This document shows, one piece after another, positions 62,282 through 64,000 of a DNA stretch of 64,000 nt; the stretch's first letter is position 1, and each line of letters opens with the position of its first letter. The position numbers and the translations under genes are program-made. The notes beneath the pieces were generated by a model. It saw nothing but the letters and a program-made list of their open reading frames with translations. It was not told the DNA's origin and did not search any database. The DNA is from Acidimicrobiia bacterium (GTDB lineage Bacteria; Actinomycetota; Acidimicrobiia; Acidimicrobiales; Bin134), in NCBI GenBank assembly GCA_022826705.1, contig JAJDUJ010000007.1, positions 211,134 to 275,133 of the forward strand, read 5' to 3'.

Positions 62282-63769
62282 CTAGCTAGACACCCAGCTG
62301 AGGGCTTGGAGTTCGCTGTAGGCGTGGAGGCCGAAGATGCCTCGGTCGCGGCCGATGCCGCTCATCTTGAAGCCGCCGAAGGGGGCGTGGACGTGGGGGG
62401 CCAGTGAGTTGATACCGACGTTGCCCGATTGGATGCGCTGGCCAATCTCGAAGGCTCGGGCGGGGCTGTCGGCGAACACGTAGCTAAACAGGCCGTAGCG
62501 GCTGTCGTTGGCCAGCTCCACCGCGTGGTCGTCGCCGTCGTGGGCCATTACCGCCACCACCGGCCCGAAGATCTCCTCGGTCACCACCCGCATGTCCGGC
62601 TCGCAATCCGCCAGCAAGGTTGGGGCCACAAAGTAGCCGGGCAGGTCCGGGCGCTCCCCACCGCACAGCATGGTGGCCCCATCGGCCACGCCGCTGGCGA
62701 TGAAGTGCTCAACCCGGTTGCGGTGCAGTTCGGTGATGACCGGGCCGACAATCGTCTCCCGGTCGAGCGCGTCGCCCACTTTGAGCATCCCCGCCACCGC
62801 GGTCAGCTTGTCCACCAGCTCGTCGTAGCGGGAGCGGTGGACGATCACCCGGGTGGGCGCGGTGCAGATCTGCCCGCTGTGGAGCCCCCATACCGAGGCG
62901 ATGGCCCCCACCGCGGCATCCACGTTGCAGTCGTCGGTGAGCACGCAGGCCCCCTTGCCGCCCAACTCCATGAGCAGGCGCTTCATGGTGGCTGCTCCGG
63001 CCCTCATGATCTTGACCCCCACTGCGGACGAACCGGTGAAGCTCACCATGTTCACGTCGGGCGATCCCACGAGTCCGGCCCCCGCCGCCGCCCCCGACCC
63101 GGTGATGATGTTGACCACGCCGGGGGGAAATCCGGCCTCCTCGATGATCTCCACCACCTTGATCATGGCCAGTGGATCCTGAGGCGCTGGCTTGATCACC
63201 ACGGTGTTGCCCATTGCCAGCGCAGGGGCGACCTTGCCCGACACGTTGACCAGCGGGAAATTGTACGAGGTGATGCAGGCCACTACCCCCACCGGCTGGC
63301 GGATGACATGGGCTCCGGCCAAGCCGCCCGGTCCCAGCGGGTTGGCCTCCACCGGGTAGGGCGCCATTGACTCGTCCAGGTCCACCGGAATCTCGTACTG
63401 GCGGAACCGGTCACCGCACGCGGGAAGCTGAACCGCCTCGGTGATGTTGATGGTGGCCCCGGTCTCCCCCTGAAGCAGCCCGGTCAGGCCGCCGATCCGC
63501 TCGTCGATCAGGTCAGCGGCCCGGCCCAAGAGGGCACACCGCTCGGCCATCGGCGTGTCCCGCCAGCCCGGCAGGGCCGCCTTGGCCGCGGCGGCAGCGT
63601 CGTTCACCTGGGAGACGGACGCCTCGGGAGCATGGCCGATCACCTGGGTGGTGTTGGGATCGACGATCTCGTAGGTGCCCGCCTCCGGGGTCACCCAGTC
63701 GCCTCCGATGAGCAGGCGATACTCCTCGTCGACGTTCAGCGGTTCCATTTCGGCCAGTGCCATGGCCAT
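62282..63769 (-). CDS. aldehyde dehydrogenase family protein
   Basis: FTGSSAVG, ELGGKGA, and the catalytic region HSGQICTAPTR. Confidence 0.93.
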   Translation of the reverse strand: MAMALAEMEPLNVDEEYRLLIGGDWVTPEAGTYEIVDPNTTQVIGHAPEASVSQVNDAAAAAKAALPGWRDTPMAERCALLGRAADLIDERIGGLTGLLQGETGATINITEAVQLPACGDRFRQYEIPVDLDESMAPYPVEANPLGPGGLAGAHVIRQPVGVVACITSYNFPLVNVSGKVAPALAMGNTVVIKPAPQDPLAMIKVVEIIEEAGFPPGVVNIITGSGAAAGAGLVGSPDVNMVSFTGSSAVGVKIMRAGAATMKRLLMELGGKGACVLTDDCNVDAAVGAIASVWGLHSGQICTAPTRVIVHRSRYDELVDKLTAVAGMLKVGDALDRETIVGPVITELHRNRVEHFIASGVADGATMLCGGERPDLPGYFVAPTLLADCEPDMRVVTEEIFGPVVAVMAHDGDDHAVELANDSRYGLFSYVFADSPARAFEIGQRIQSGNVGINSLAPHVHAPFGGFKMSGIGRDRGIFGLHAYSELQALSWVSS

Positions 63770-63814
63770 CTCCCCCCTTGCCGGAATGCTCGCTACTCCA
63801 AGCGGCTGGCTCGG

Positions 63815-64000
63815 CTACGCGGCGATTCCGTATTTCTCCAGGCTGTACAGCTCGATGGCGTTGCCCCGCAGTAGCTTGTAGGCCTCCTCATCATCGAGTC
63901 CGGCCTGGGTGACGATCCTGGTGGCGATTTCCTTGGTGTGAGGGAACGTGGAGTCGGCATGGGGGTAGTCCACTTCGAAGGTGATCTGGTCCATGCCGAT
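63815..64000 (-). CDS. amidohydrolase_2 family protein, 3' end only (5' end outside window)
   Basis: The minus-strand frame open to the window edge reads IGMDQITFEVDYPHADSTFPHTKEIATRIVTQAGLDDEEAYKLLRGNAIELYSLEKYGIAA*. The DYPHxDS motif matches the other two paralogues. Not in the ORF track because the start lies off-window. Confidence 0.75.
   Translation of the reverse strand: MGMDQITFEVDYPHADSTFPHTKEIATRIVTQAGLDDEEAYKLLRGNAIELYSLEKYGIAA

Overview
This is a high-GC (by eye about two-thirds G+C) actinobacterial-type chromosomal segment. It carries about 70 tightly packed genes on both strands, many with 1-4 nt start/stop overlaps. From 1-12.5 kb I see a HIT protein, a DUF2079-like membrane protein, a D-aminoacylase-type amidohydrolase, tRNA-Pro(GGG), a carbohydrate ABC importer (binding protein plus 2 permeases) with a detached MsiK/UgpC-like ATPase, and several oxidoreductases. 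From 12.5-29 kb there is a housekeeping block: PP2C phosphatase, der, DUF512, ispH, plsC-like, cmk, aroA, tyrA, aroH, rluB, scpB, scpA, trpS, epoxide hydrolase, murT/gatD and a nucleoside hydrolase. From 29-64 kb there is a patchwork of catabolic and redox paralogues: CoA-transferase, crotonases, amidohydrolase_2, LLM oxidoreductases, SDRs, TauD, PhyH, MBL, aldehyde dehydrogenase, acyl-CoA synthetase and a fused EtfB-EtfA. This stretch also holds a P-type ATPase and three predicted secreted lipoproteins (Cys-repeat/PPC, FG-GAP-like, RCC1-like). Four things stand out. (1) Two genes only make sense if an in-frame TGA is read as selenocysteine: a UGSC-motif protein (48213-48761) and a Bcp/Prx-type peroxiredoxin whose peroxidatic Cys codon is TGA (60922-61392). 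Each TGA is followed by a SECIS-like hairpin, and the ORF track splits both genes. (2) The UGSC gene is the last gene of a compact amidohydrolase / unknown 346-aa protein / selenoprotein operon that I cannot assign to a known pathway. (3) A 72-nt tRNA-shaped element has an alanine-type G3:U70 acceptor stem and a canonical T-arm but a non-decoding anticodon arm. It lies in an AT-rich spacer behind a near-consensus promoter and next to a lower-GC repeat-protein gene. (4) A low-GC scar at 61.4-62.3 kb contains an SDR gene fragment and two small orphan ORFs. I recognised no rRNA, CRISPR array, transposase, integrase or obvious helix-turn-helix regulator. All family assignments come from motif recognition in the supplied translations, not from database searches.
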